A DNA stretch of 63,962 nucleotides, counting the filler, from Candidatus Hydrogenedentota bacterium (lineage in GTDB: Bacteria; JBFMHD01), in the NCBI GenBank assembly GCA_040752395.1. It is 10 parts of 10 records of this genome, joined end to end, with 100 filler letters (N's around TTAATTAATTAA, not from the genome) between each part and the next. Parts side by side here need not be neighbours in the genome. Positions count along the whole stretch, not along the records: positions 10,089 to 30,122 come from JBFMHD010000021.1; 9 more parts are not named here. One strand, 5' to 3'. This document shows, in pieces, positions 10,089-18,899 of the stretch (position 1 is its first letter; every line of letters starts with the position of its first letter). The notes below the pieces were generated by a model. The model did not search any database. It had not been told where the DNA came from and was given only the letters and a program-made list of their open reading frames with translations. The translations under genes were made by a program, and so were the position numbers.

Positions 10089-10542
10089 AGCAAAGTATAC
10101 AACCACCAAAGAATTTTGACAAGTATTTAAATCACTTTAAATCCGTCTTTACTAAACCATCAGTATAATTCTTGGTATCATTGTCTGTTCCGGTAAAAAG
10201 ACGATAACAGCAATATCAGATTATCAATATCGTAAAGAAAAAGCGCTTGAACGGTTTGTCAACATGGTAGGGATTACTTTGAGTTTGCTTACCCTATGGA
10301 GTCACCAGGAATACATCAGCAATAAACCAGAACTCTGGGATGCAATGCCCTGGTATACAATGAAAAAGACGGCTAGCGTGCATGATATGATTCATCAGTT
10401 TAAGAATAAATGTATTCAAAAATTAATTTTTGATAGTTTATATCACTTCCCTGTGAACCATAAAAAATTAGAATCATTATTTAATACCTTGAAAATGGCT
10501 GCTTAAATGAAATCCATTGACTTATTTTCTGCTAAAGTATAG
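10089..10542 (+). mobile_element. Internally deleted DDE transposase remnant (IS701/IS4-like) with right end
   Basis: N-terminal-like fragment QPPKNFDKYLNHFKSVFTKPS joined to C-terminal PWYTMKKTASVHDM; end TTTTCTGCTAAAGTATAG; homologous end at 30223-30347. Confidence 0.6.
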
Positions 10543-10868
10543 TTTATTTTATCAAAAAGCGAGGAATAGCAAAATGCTATCTGATGTGAATTGACTCTCC
10601 CAAGACCACCAGGGTTCCATTGCATAGCATAGAGGTTATCAGTCAAAGCTGCGCGGCTACCAGCTAAACCTATGGCCTCAGCATCGAGTCCGGCCCGAAG
10701 GAACAGCATTGATGAAGTTGCTACGTTGCTGCTGTTCGCACTGGCAGATGGGGGTGATGGATAAAGAAAGGTTAAGGTTAAAAATGAAAAGAAAAAAGAA
10801 GTAAATGTGAATAATCTTAATATTGTTTTAAGATAATTGCTGCAACAACGCCATAACTTTTTTGCCAA
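10543..10868 (-). pseudogene. 5' fragment of a PorV-family protein truncated by the IS remnant
   Basis: Signal peptide, then FLRAGLDAEAIGLAGS...WNPGGL; similarity stops at the IS end. Confidence 0.7.
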
Positions 10869-11044
10869 TTAATACCCACTTCTTCTTCTCTCATCCACCC
10901 TCCTTACTCCTTTCCTCAACCTTAACCTCAACCTTTCCTTTCTGTAGTGCTCCCCGTTTGTCGAGACAATTTAGCAACAGAAGATTTTTCATCTTTATTT
11001 ATACTCTGGATATCAAATTTTCTATAATCAAATACTTACAGCTA

Positions 11045-11695
11045 TTATACTAATAATATATTTCTACGTTTACAAAGTTGAGTTATATACGGGTCTTTCA
11101 CTAACGTTATCATAACTGCTTTCGGCTTTCTTAATCGCAGCTTCTTTACAACCATCTTATATTTATCTAAAAACCGTTCGATGTTTTCAACATCAGGCGT
11201 AGATTTTATCTCAAATACATAACTGGTTCCATTATATAACAATATATCGAATTCATATCTCCGCCCCTTTGGCCCTATCTCACCTCCAGTGTCAATTATC
11301 TTCTGCCTCAGCTTGAGATTTGAAGCATCAATATCTGTTATACCCATCGCTAATCTGATTGTACCTGCAATAGTATCTTCAAGATTCCGACCCGCTTTCA
11401 TCTGAAACCCACCAACTACTGCCTGTGTCCAGCTGATACTATCATCAATCTTTTTAGTCAATATATCAAATCGTTTATCAACCTGTTCAAATCGTTTATC
11501 AACCTGTTCAAATCGTTTATCCATATCTTGCTGCATTAATACAAACCGTTTATCAACTTCTTCGAATCGTTTATCCATATCTTGCTGTAATAATTCAAAT
11601 CGTTTATCGATTTTTATTAATGCTTCAGCTAAATCACCTTTGGTTACATAGCCGTTACTTTTATCTTTATACTCAATAACTTTTTTATTATTCAT
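11045..11695 (-). CDS. Coiled-coil heptad-repeat protein with C-terminal PD-(D/E)XK nuclease-like domain
   Basis: Tandem DKRFEQV heptads (21-bp DNA repeats at about 11468-11610); EFDILL...VFEIKS motif. Confidence 0.7.
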   Translation of the reverse strand: MNNKKVIEYKDKSNGYVTKGDLAEALIKIDKRFELLQQDMDKRFEEVDKRFVLMQQDMDKRFEQVDKRFEQVDKRFDILTKKIDDSISWTQAVVGGFQMKAGRNLEDTIAGTIRLAMGITDIDASNLKLRQKIIDTGGEIGPKGRRYEFDILLYNGTSYVFEIKSTPDVENIERFLDKYKMVVKKLRLRKPKAVMITLVKDPYITQLCKRRNILLV

Positions 11696-11745
11696 AACCT
11701 TTTAATAATAATATTTTCCAAATTCTGTCAATAACAATTTTTCGA

Positions 11746-11919
11746 GATTTCTGAAAAACCCTGTTTATCGCATCTAAAGATGCTTACTACATTTTTTATT
11801 TTTCGTAAATTCGATATAATATATTAATGTAGTGAGGGTCACAAGACCCGTTCTTTAGTCTTTAGACCCGTTTTTTAGACTTTGGACCCGTCTTTAAAAA
11901 ATGAGGTTTTTCAGAGATA
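11746..11919. mobile_element. MITE-like element with 15-bp imperfect TIRs and three internal repeats at 20-bp period
   Basis: GATTTCTGAAAAACC / GGTTTTTCAGAGATA; TTTTCGA on both flanks; GACCCGT at 11845, 11865, 11885. Confidence 0.55.
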
Positions 11920-12103
11920 TTTTCGATTTTATCTAAAGAAGATAATGATAATGGGGTTCTGATTATTTTTTATTGATATTGTCATAATTAAATTTTATAG
12001 CTAAAAACTTAACTATAATTAATATTAATCTTTTTTGAATTCAGAACTATCCCCTTTATTGTTAAGTTAAAAGATTAATAGGCTTTATTATTATTAAAAA
12101 AAA

Positions 12104-12589
12104 CTACTCTGTATTCAGAATGAACTCGGTTTGAGATTTTATAAAACAGATGGAATGTTTGGTGATGGATTTTAGTTCGTAACCCTGAACATTGTCACCA
12201 ATTTTTGAGAATATGGTGGTGCCGTCAGAGAGCTGAATTATTGCAATGTCATTGTTCCCATCTATTAATACACCTTTGAGTATAAAATCTGGTCCGGGTA
12301 TAACAGGTTCCTCGAGTAAATCCGGAATAATCTCCTGTGGTGAGGGTTTAGAGGGCTGTAATTTAAACGGGTCGGTTACTTTAATCTCATCTACCTCTAC
12401 TTTTTTATTATGAAGTTTTGCAAACTCGTCCATTAAACCGCATATCTTTTTATGGTCATAATCGATTGAGCGAACGGTTATATCATTCGTTTTCTGGACA
12501 TGTGATATGTCTGAATGCAGGGTAAATATAAACGTAACCAGACAGAATACTATAATGAAAAATGATAGGGTTGGTTTGACAGTATCCAT
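12104..12589 (-). CDS. PilP/GspC-like type IV pilus/T2SS assembly protein
   Basis: N-terminal TM, DPF motif, LKGVLIDGNNDIAII...GDNVQGYELKSI; follows a pilO-like gene. Confidence 0.65.
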   Translation of the reverse strand: MDTVKPTLSFFIIVFCLVTFIFTLHSDISHVQKTNDITVRSIDYDHKKICGLMDEFAKLHNKKVEVDEIKVTDPFKLQPSKPSPQEIIPDLLEEPVIPGPDFILKGVLIDGNNDIAIIQLSDGTTIFSKIGDNVQGYELKSITKHSICFIKSQTEFILNTE

Positions 12590-12630
12590 AAAATAATAAA
12601 TCCGAAATAAATCTGTTTTGTGTTTCGAAT

Positions 12631-13203
12631 TTAGTATAAGAAATATATAACCAGGTCTACAAATAATGTCAACTGGTTAATTGAACCTGATTTTTTCAAA
12701 CTTAACGAGTCTATCGTGTTTATAAATCTCGATTGCTTCATATCTTTTAAGAACCCGATAATGGATTTGAAATCCCCTGATAACGTAACTCTAACTGGGT
12801 ATTCACGATAATCCTGTTTAATGATAACTTCAAGTGGAATCAGTCTTATGAGTTGTAACGAGTTTGACTCAATTGCTTTATCTATCTCAGAAAAAAATAA
12901 CGAACTTTTGTCTCGGTCTCCTAAATGTTTTGAAATGTACTCGTATTTTTTCTCTATCTCCTGCTTGAAACTCGTTATGTTCTCCTGTTCTTTTAACAAT
13001 GAATCTATCTTTGCTATCTCGGTATTCAATGAATTGTAAACACCGAGCCTTGTATCTTTAATCTGTTTTAATGGTTTGATACCATAGTAATAAACAAGAA
13101 TTATGCTTGCGGGTATCAACAGATAAACTATAACCCTCAAACTTATATAAAAAGTTAATCTCTTGTTCTTGTCCATTAAACTGAGCCTCTTTGACTGATT
13201 CAT
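12631..13203 (-). CDS. pilO: PilO/GspM-like protein
   Basis: TM, coiled coil, YREYPVRVTLSGDFKSIIGFL ferredoxin-like domain. Confidence 0.75.
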   Translation of the reverse strand: MNQSKRLSLMDKNKRLTFYISLRVIVYLLIPASIILVYYYGIKPLKQIKDTRLGVYNSLNTEIAKIDSLLKEQENITSFKQEIEKKYEYISKHLGDRDKSSLFFSEIDKAIESNSLQLIRLIPLEVIIKQDYREYPVRVTLSGDFKSIIGFLKDMKQSRFINTIDSLSLKKSGSINQLTLFVDLVIYFLY

Positions 13204-13212
13204 ATTTCGTAT

Positions 13213-14640
13213 CTATTTCATAACGAACTGTATTTGAAACATAATCTCTCCTTCATGGTATTCTGCACCTTTTAGCTCAACGTTTGAAAATTGTTGTGAA
13301 TTCTCAAGATTTTTCATAAACTCAGTTATACCTGCATAACTCGTAGAACTACCTATAACCTCAAACCTGTGACCTGTTGCCAGTTCTTTCTCAAGTATAA
13401 TTGCCTGGTTTTTCCCGGCTGAATCCTTCAATAGTTTCATATACGAAAACTGGTCTTTATCCTGAACAGTATCCCCGGGTTTCGAATTTATGTTAAGTTC
13501 TTTAAAGGCAATTTGTTCAGGCACCAGGTCTGACAGAGACTCAAGCAGAGATCCCCAGTCAGGCGTTACTGAGAGAGGATTATAAATACTGAAAAATCTG
13601 CGAATTATATCCTGAACCCTGCTATCAACAGTTTTCAACTCCTCAATTTTTTTCAGTTTCTCTACATACACGGCATTGCTTCGTGATATCTCCTCCTCGA
13701 TTCTGTTTATATCCTCTCTATATCCTGTTATATACATACGTGAAATCAGAAACACCAGAATTATTGCTGTAATGCTTAACACAAGAGAATGGCTGAGTCT
13801 CTTTTTCTCAGTTTTTATTAACCTCGTCTGTTCCGGGTAAAGGTCTTTCCCCACTCTTTTCATTGAACAGAGGACGTTATAAAGAAGGGTTGAAACATTT
13901 TGCATAACTTCAGGAAGCTCTTCGATACAAAACTGTTTATGGTCTAAAAATTTCATCTTCAGTTTCTGGATAAAATCATTATCTCCAAGCAGTATAAACC
14001 TTTTCACCGAGCCAGGTATTGCAAAAACGTAATCATACACATTCTTAAAAACGTTGTTTTTATCTATAACATTCTGTCTTAAGAGAATCTCATCTTTCTG
14101 AACCAGTATAAAAGTCATAATGTTCTTATATATAAAAAATAGAGGTAGTGGTAAAGTAAGTGACCTGAAATACCTGGATTGTTTAATGAATCTCAAGATT
14201 ATTAATGGTAGCGGCAAAATATAAATTATCTCGAACCCGTTCTGTTCAAATGACTGAATCAGGTCATTAATAAAATCTCTGGGTGCATAATACAGCATTA
14301 TATATTTTTTTGACTCGTAACCTGATCCCACATCTGCTATACCATAATACATATCATCAAGATTGATTTTCAGTTTGTCTTCAAATTCGGATTCAAGCAC
14401 TTCTTTTTGGTTCGTGGATTTTAAAGTATCAGTCAGAGGGTATTGTCCTAAGTTTAAAGGCTGTCCATAAAGAGACACTCCTATAGATACAGGTGTCGGA
14501 GTAAAATCTTTTTTTATTGATGATATAACAGCATTAAAATCGTTGTTAACCAGGGTATATTCACGATAAACGTAGTCGTGATACAGAGCAGTAACAGTAT
14601 TTTTGTTTACCACAAGATACAGACGTCTTTTTTGATTCAT
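13213..14640 (-). CDS. PilM-like/PilN (GspL-like) fusion protein
   Basis: Degenerate cytoplasmic domain, one TM, coiled coil, C-terminal WGSLLESLSDLVP...ITEFMKNLENS PilN domain; ATG at 14640 preferred as start. Confidence 0.65.
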   Translation of the reverse strand: MNQKRRLYLVVNKNTVTALYHDYVYREYTLVNNDFNAVISSIKKDFTPTPVSIGVSLYGQPLNLGQYPLTDTLKSTNQKEVLESEFEDKLKINLDDMYYGIADVGSGYESKKYIMLYYAPRDFINDLIQSFEQNGFEIIYILPLPLIILRFIKQSRYFRSLTLPLPLFFIYKNIMTFILVQKDEILLRQNVIDKNNVFKNVYDYVFAIPGSVKRFILLGDNDFIQKLKMKFLDHKQFCIEELPEVMQNVSTLLYNVLCSMKRVGKDLYPEQTRLIKTEKKRLSHSLVLSITAIILVFLISRMYITGYREDINRIEEEISRSNAVYVEKLKKIEELKTVDSRVQDIIRRFFSIYNPLSVTPDWGSLLESLSDLVPEQIAFKELNINSKPGDTVQDKDQFSYMKLLKDSAGKNQAIILEKELATGHRFEVIGSSTSYAGITEFMKNLENSQQFSNVELKGAEYHEGEIMFQIQFVMK

Positions 14641-14652
14641 TGAACTATCTTC

Positions 14653-14687
14653 TGGACATAAATTTAACAAAATTGTATAATTATAAT
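14653..14687. promoter_or_regulatory. Compact bidirectional sigma70-type promoter
   Basis: TGGACA(14653-58)-N17-TATAAT(14676-81), 6 nt before ATG 14688; palindromic TATAATTATA also gives a minus-strand -10. Confidence 0.55.
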
Positions 14688-16418
14688 ATGAAAAAGATTT
14701 TATATTGTCTATTAATATTTAGCTGTTTTATATCTCTGGTATTTGCCGACCCTGACCTGTCGCCAAATATAACCCTGGATTTGAAAGAAGTGGATGCAAG
14801 AGACGTGTTCCGGGCAATAAGCACACAGAAAGAGTTGAACGTAGTTGTTGATGACAACGTTCAGGGTAAAGTGACACTTCATTTAAGTGACGCTACTGTA
14901 AAAGAAGCGTTTCAGGTCATACTTGAGCTTCTGAACGCAGAGATGGAAATAGAGGGGAACATATTAAAAATTAAACCAAAGGGAGAGGAGAAGATAGAGC
15001 CAGTAAAAAATATTGAGATAAAGTTGAGAGAAGATAATAAAATAGACGTAAATTTAAATAATGCTTCTGCTGAAGAAGTATTTAAGGAATTATCTGATAA
15101 AACAGGAGAGAACATAGTTTTAAGTTCCGAGGTAACCGGCTCGGTTAAACTTGATTTAAAAGGCATAGAGTTCAACACTCTTTTAAACGTGATAGCGGAT
15201 CTGGTGTCTGCAAAGATAAAGAGAGAGGATAACATCTACAAAGTTATTCCCTATAGTAAAGAGGAGAAGAAGGAGTCAGAGTTCGACGTAGAGATAAAAG
15301 ATGGGAGATTAAGTCTTAACGTGCAGGATATAGACATAAGTGAGCTTCTGAGAACCATAGCGGATAAATCCGGGTTTGATTTGATTCTGCTTGGTTCTGT
15401 GAAAGAAAAAGTGAACGTAAAACTGACTGATGTAGAACTGGATACTGCGCTCAATCTTATACTTCGCGGTACAAGGTTCGGGATAAGGATAGAAGATAAT
15501 CTTGTTACAATCGGAGAGAATCTGCCTGCTGCACCATCTGCTCCGGTTATTGGCCAGACATCAGTCATAAGATTGAGCTACATAAAATCAGAAGAGATAC
15601 CTTCGCTTTTACCACCTACAATTCCTGCACAGTCTCTTAAGGTTTTAAAGGAACAGAACTCTATAGCGTTTCGCGGTACTGACGAACAGATAAAAGAACT
15701 TGAAGAATTTGTGCATACCATAGACATAAAACCACCTGTGGTGATGCTTGATATGCTGATAGTGGATTATCTGGATAACGTGGACAAAAACATAAACTTT
15801 AGTTCTACGCTTGGAACCGGGGAGAACCAGATAACCGAGACATTGAGAGGCGACCAGGCCGGGTTTATAACCGCGAACGTGATAAGGTCTACGTGGAAAA
15901 CGATTGATGACCAGTTTGCTATAACACTCCAGGCTTTGATAGACGAGAACAAAGCAGAGGTCAAGGCAGAACCGAGGATATCAACCGTAAGCGGTCAGGA
16001 AGCAAAGATACGCGTGGAGAACGAGGAATATTTCAGAGTGACCACAGGTAACGTTGAGACACCGTTAACACAGCTTGAAAAAGTTACTTCGGGAATATCG
16101 TTAACCATAACGCCTTACGTTGCTTCTGGTAATAACTCCATCACGGTAAAAATCAACGCTACTGTGAGCCAGCCTACAGGTACAACCGGGGACAATCTTC
16201 CTGCAATAAAAAGCCGGGAAGCTTCAACTCAACTTGTGGTAGATGATGGACAAACCATAGTTATCGGTGGTCTTCTTCAGTCAGTACAGTCCACGAGTGT
16301 GCAACGGTTCCCCATACTATCAAGCATACCCGTAGTCGGACTATTATTCAAGAACACCACAAAACAGGATAGGAAAAGTAACCTTGTTTTCTATATCACG
16401 CCTACTATAGTGAAGTAG
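14688..16418 (+). CDS. Secretin (PilQ/GspD family) with three STN-like N-domains
   Basis: Signal peptide; three LDLKEVDARDVF-type repeats; AEPRISTVSGQEA, DGQTIVIGGL, PILSSIPVVGLLF, FYITPTIV. Confidence 0.9.
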   Translation: MKKILYCLLIFSCFISLVFADPDLSPNITLDLKEVDARDVFRAISTQKELNVVVDDNVQGKVTLHLSDATVKEAFQVILELLNAEMEIEGNILKIKPKGEEKIEPVKNIEIKLREDNKIDVNLNNASAEEVFKELSDKTGENIVLSSEVTGSVKLDLKGIEFNTLLNVIADLVSAKIKREDNIYKVIPYSKEEKKESEFDVEIKDGRLSLNVQDIDISELLRTIADKSGFDLILLGSVKEKVNVKLTDVELDTALNLILRGTRFGIRIEDNLVTIGENLPAAPSAPVIGQTSVIRLSYIKSEEIPSLLPPTIPAQSLKVLKEQNSIAFRGTDEQIKELEEFVHTIDIKPPVVMLDMLIVDYLDNVDKNINFSSTLGTGENQITETLRGDQAGFITANVIRSTWKTIDDQFAITLQALIDENKAEVKAEPRISTVSGQEAKIRVENEEYFRVTTGNVETPLTQLEKVTSGISLTITPYVASGNNSITVKINATVSQPTGTTGDNLPAIKSREASTQLVVDDGQTIVIGGLLQSVQSTSVQRFPILSSIPVVGLLFKNTTKQDRKSNLVFYITPTIVK

Positions 16419-16424
16419 CCTCTT

Positions 16425-16940
16425 ATGAGAGAAATACGAAGTATGAGAGGAGTATCACTTGTAGAATTGCTTGTTACGATTGGAATAGTGGGGTGCGGAA
16501 TCGTAATGATAATTAACGGCTACCATAGATATGTGAAAAATATCAACAATGTTGAGATACGCTTGCGCGCAGCTCAGGTGCTTGAGAACATCAAAGAAGA
16601 AATAATGGTAAAAAAATATAAAGACAATTCTCCGAATATGGTGTTTGGTCCTGAGCCTGGAGAAATCCAGAAAATTAGAAGCACACTTAACGATATTGAT
16701 GATTATAATGAGTTGTTTACTGAAGTGGTTGATTCCCACGGAGTACCGCCTGGTGGTTATGAAAACTATTTTATCCGGGTTGATGTATATAATTTTAACA
16801 TAGAAGAAAATAAAGAAGTATCAAGGCTTGAAGATACGGGTACAAGAAAGATAGTGATACAGGTTTTGTATAAAGATAGGGTTATTAACAAAGTTGAAAT
16901 AATAAAAACAGATAGTGAGAAACCTTATGGAAATCACTAA
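16425..16940 (+). CDS. Minor pilin/pseudopilin
   Basis: Prepilin cleavage motif RG|VSLVELLV. Confidence 0.8.
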   Translation: MREIRSMRGVSLVELLVTIGIVGCGIVMIINGYHRYVKNINNVEIRLRAAQVLENIKEEIMVKKYKDNSPNMVFGPEPGEIQKIRSTLNDIDDYNELFTEVVDSHGVPPGGYENYFIRVDVYNFNIEENKEVSRLEDTGTRKIVIQVLYKDRVINKVEIIKTDSEKPYGNH

Positions 16941-17068
16941 ATACAAAATTCTAAATACTAAACGAACCCACATTTCAAATGACCAGAGATTAAAATAATA
17001 TGATTTAGAGACAAGAACGTTGCAGTTTGCTACAAACATTTTATTTCGGATTTCGAATTTATTATGTT

Positions 17069-17545
17069 ATGATTTCTAAAGACCATGGTTTTACATTAAT
17101 AGAGATTCTCGTAGTCATAGCAATATTCAGTATAGTTGCTCTTATGCTATTCCAGTTGTTCAACTCCGCGGTAAGAGTAGTTACCAGAGTAAAGCAGGTT
17201 CTTATCGAGTTAGATAAGGTCGAACTGTTTGAGTATAAAATACGTGACGAGATTAGAAATTGTCTGGACATACTGTATAACGATGGACGTGGCATAACGT
17301 TATGGGTACTGGATAAAAATAAGGATAAAATACCTAACTATGATGAGTTGAGAGCATACTACTGGGATGGTGATGAACAAGGTGTTCTTTACAAAATTGA
17401 GAACGGAATAAAAGAGACAGTTTTTGAGAACGTAAACTATGTTGAATGGAAAGTTGATACTTATGACAGAGCAACGTTAGTAGAATTAAAAATCAAACTA
17501 CGGGATAAACATTACTGGATACTGGAAACAAACTATAAATTCTAA
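17069..17545 (+). CDS. Minor pilin/pseudopilin (PilW/GspJ-like)
   Basis: MISKDHG|FTLIEILVV; ATG at 17069. Confidence 0.85.
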   Translation: MISKDHGFTLIEILVVIAIFSIVALMLFQLFNSAVRVVTRVKQVLIELDKVELFEYKIRDEIRNCLDILYNDGRGITLWVLDKNKDKIPNYDELRAYYWDGDEQGVLYKIENGIKETVFENVNYVEWKVDTYDRATLVELKIKLRDKHYWILETNYKF

Positions 17546-17645
17546 ATCCAAAATACGAAGTACGAAAAAATCTCAAACGTTTAAGATAACTTTATTTTGT
17601 TTCGGATTTAGAATCTCGAGTTTTCTGATTTCGAATTTATTTATT

Positions 17646-18638
17646 ATGAGCAACAATAAAGGAATTATAGCAGTTTACGCTACCATAATACTGATATTTG
17701 CAGGATTATGTGGCATAACAATTATGAGGTACTTATCCCCAAACCTCAAGCTACAGAAAAGAAGAATAATCAAGTTGAAGAATGAATGCACAATCGAGAG
17801 CGGGTTTGAGATAGGACTTTTCAATATAAATAAAGACGTGTTATTCAGGGCAGATGGTACTGAAACTTGTCCTTTTATAAACTATAGATTTAACGAAAGA
17901 GATATCAAAGTCAGTGTATGTGAGATTAACGGACAGAAAAGCAGACTTGTTATATGCTCAGAGCTAAAGAATGGGGACCAAAAAAGCATACAGGTATCAG
18001 TAAATACTCCGTTATTATATACCATTGTTACAAAGAATAGACTTAACCAGAATTTTTTATCCGTTATAAAAGGCGACGTATACATTGAGAAAGAGGGCGA
18101 GTTTGAGGGAAGTATCCAGGGATACGTTTCTTGTATTGAAAATACTGATATAAACGGTAAAGACATAAGAAAATCCATAACTACAGAGAAACTCATCATT
18201 CCTGAATATGACCGGAACTGGATAGAGAAACAGGATGATATGATAAGGATACTGAATAGTAGAGTTACAGAATTAAAACTGCGTGATAAAAAACTCTACC
18301 GGCGAGGCAATCTCACCATATCTGACAGCGATCTAAAAGATTGCTGTATATTTGTTGATGGAGATCTCACCATCGAGAACAGATTCAATCTCAGTAGCAC
18401 AAAATATGTACCATCGATTGTAGTGCTCGGTGATATATTTATAGTAACGGACAACGCAGAACTTGAGGGATTAATTGATGCAACCGGTAAAATCACTTTA
18501 AATGGTACAGGGTCTGTCAAAGGCACAATAATATCTGAATCTCTGGAGATTTATGGCAAATGGGATTTTAACTGGAACAAAGAACTTCTTTATAAATTTC
18601 CACACATAAAACCCGAAATTAAAATCACCCGATTTTAG
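17646..18638 (+). CDS. PilX/GspK-like minor pilin with beta-helix-like C-terminus
   Basis: KG|IIAV leader lacking Glu5; repeated IFVDGDL / GLIDATGKI / GTIISE motifs. Confidence 0.65.
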   Translation: MSNNKGIIAVYATIILIFAGLCGITIMRYLSPNLKLQKRRIIKLKNECTIESGFEIGLFNINKDVLFRADGTETCPFINYRFNERDIKVSVCEINGQKSRLVICSELKNGDQKSIQVSVNTPLLYTIVTKNRLNQNFLSVIKGDVYIEKEGEFEGSIQGYVSCIENTDINGKDIRKSITTEKLIIPEYDRNWIEKQDDMIRILNSRVTELKLRDKKLYRRGNLTISDSDLKDCCIFVDGDLTIENRFNLSSTKYVPSIVVLGDIFIVTDNAELEGLIDATGKITLNGTGSVKGTIISESLEIYGKWDFNWNKELLYKFPHIKPEIKITRF

Positions 18639-18797
18639 TATTGTAACTCTAATAATTCAAGTAGAAGCAAGATAACGAAAGAAGTAAGTGATAAGTATTG
18701 TGGCTATGGAGATGGGAAAATTTTCTGTAAATCCTATAAAAAGTTCCCATTTAAAATACTACTGCACTCTAATTTTAATAATATTAGAACTTATTTT

Positions 18798-18815
18798 TAG
18801 GCACGCTGTTTGCTA
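18798..18815 (+). promoter_or_regulatory. Sigma54 -24/-12 element
   Basis: AGGCACGCTGTTTGCT: GG(18800-01)-N10-GC(18812-13). Confidence 0.5.
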
Positions 18816-18869
18816 ATGATGTATAATGGCCTGAGGTTTTCAGGCTAAAACAACTTCCCCAATTTCTTT

Positions 18870-18899
18870 AAAGCCCCGTGTTACAAAAACCGGGGCTTT
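18870..18899. terminator. Bidirectional intrinsic terminator
   Basis: AAAGCCCC...GGGGCTTT stem directly after the nfnB stop, between convergent units. Confidence 0.6.

Noticed and set aside
11828-11900. Tn7-like transposon end (TGT plus spaced repeats)
   Set aside because: No matching opposite end or tns genes; better explained as the interior of a small TIR element
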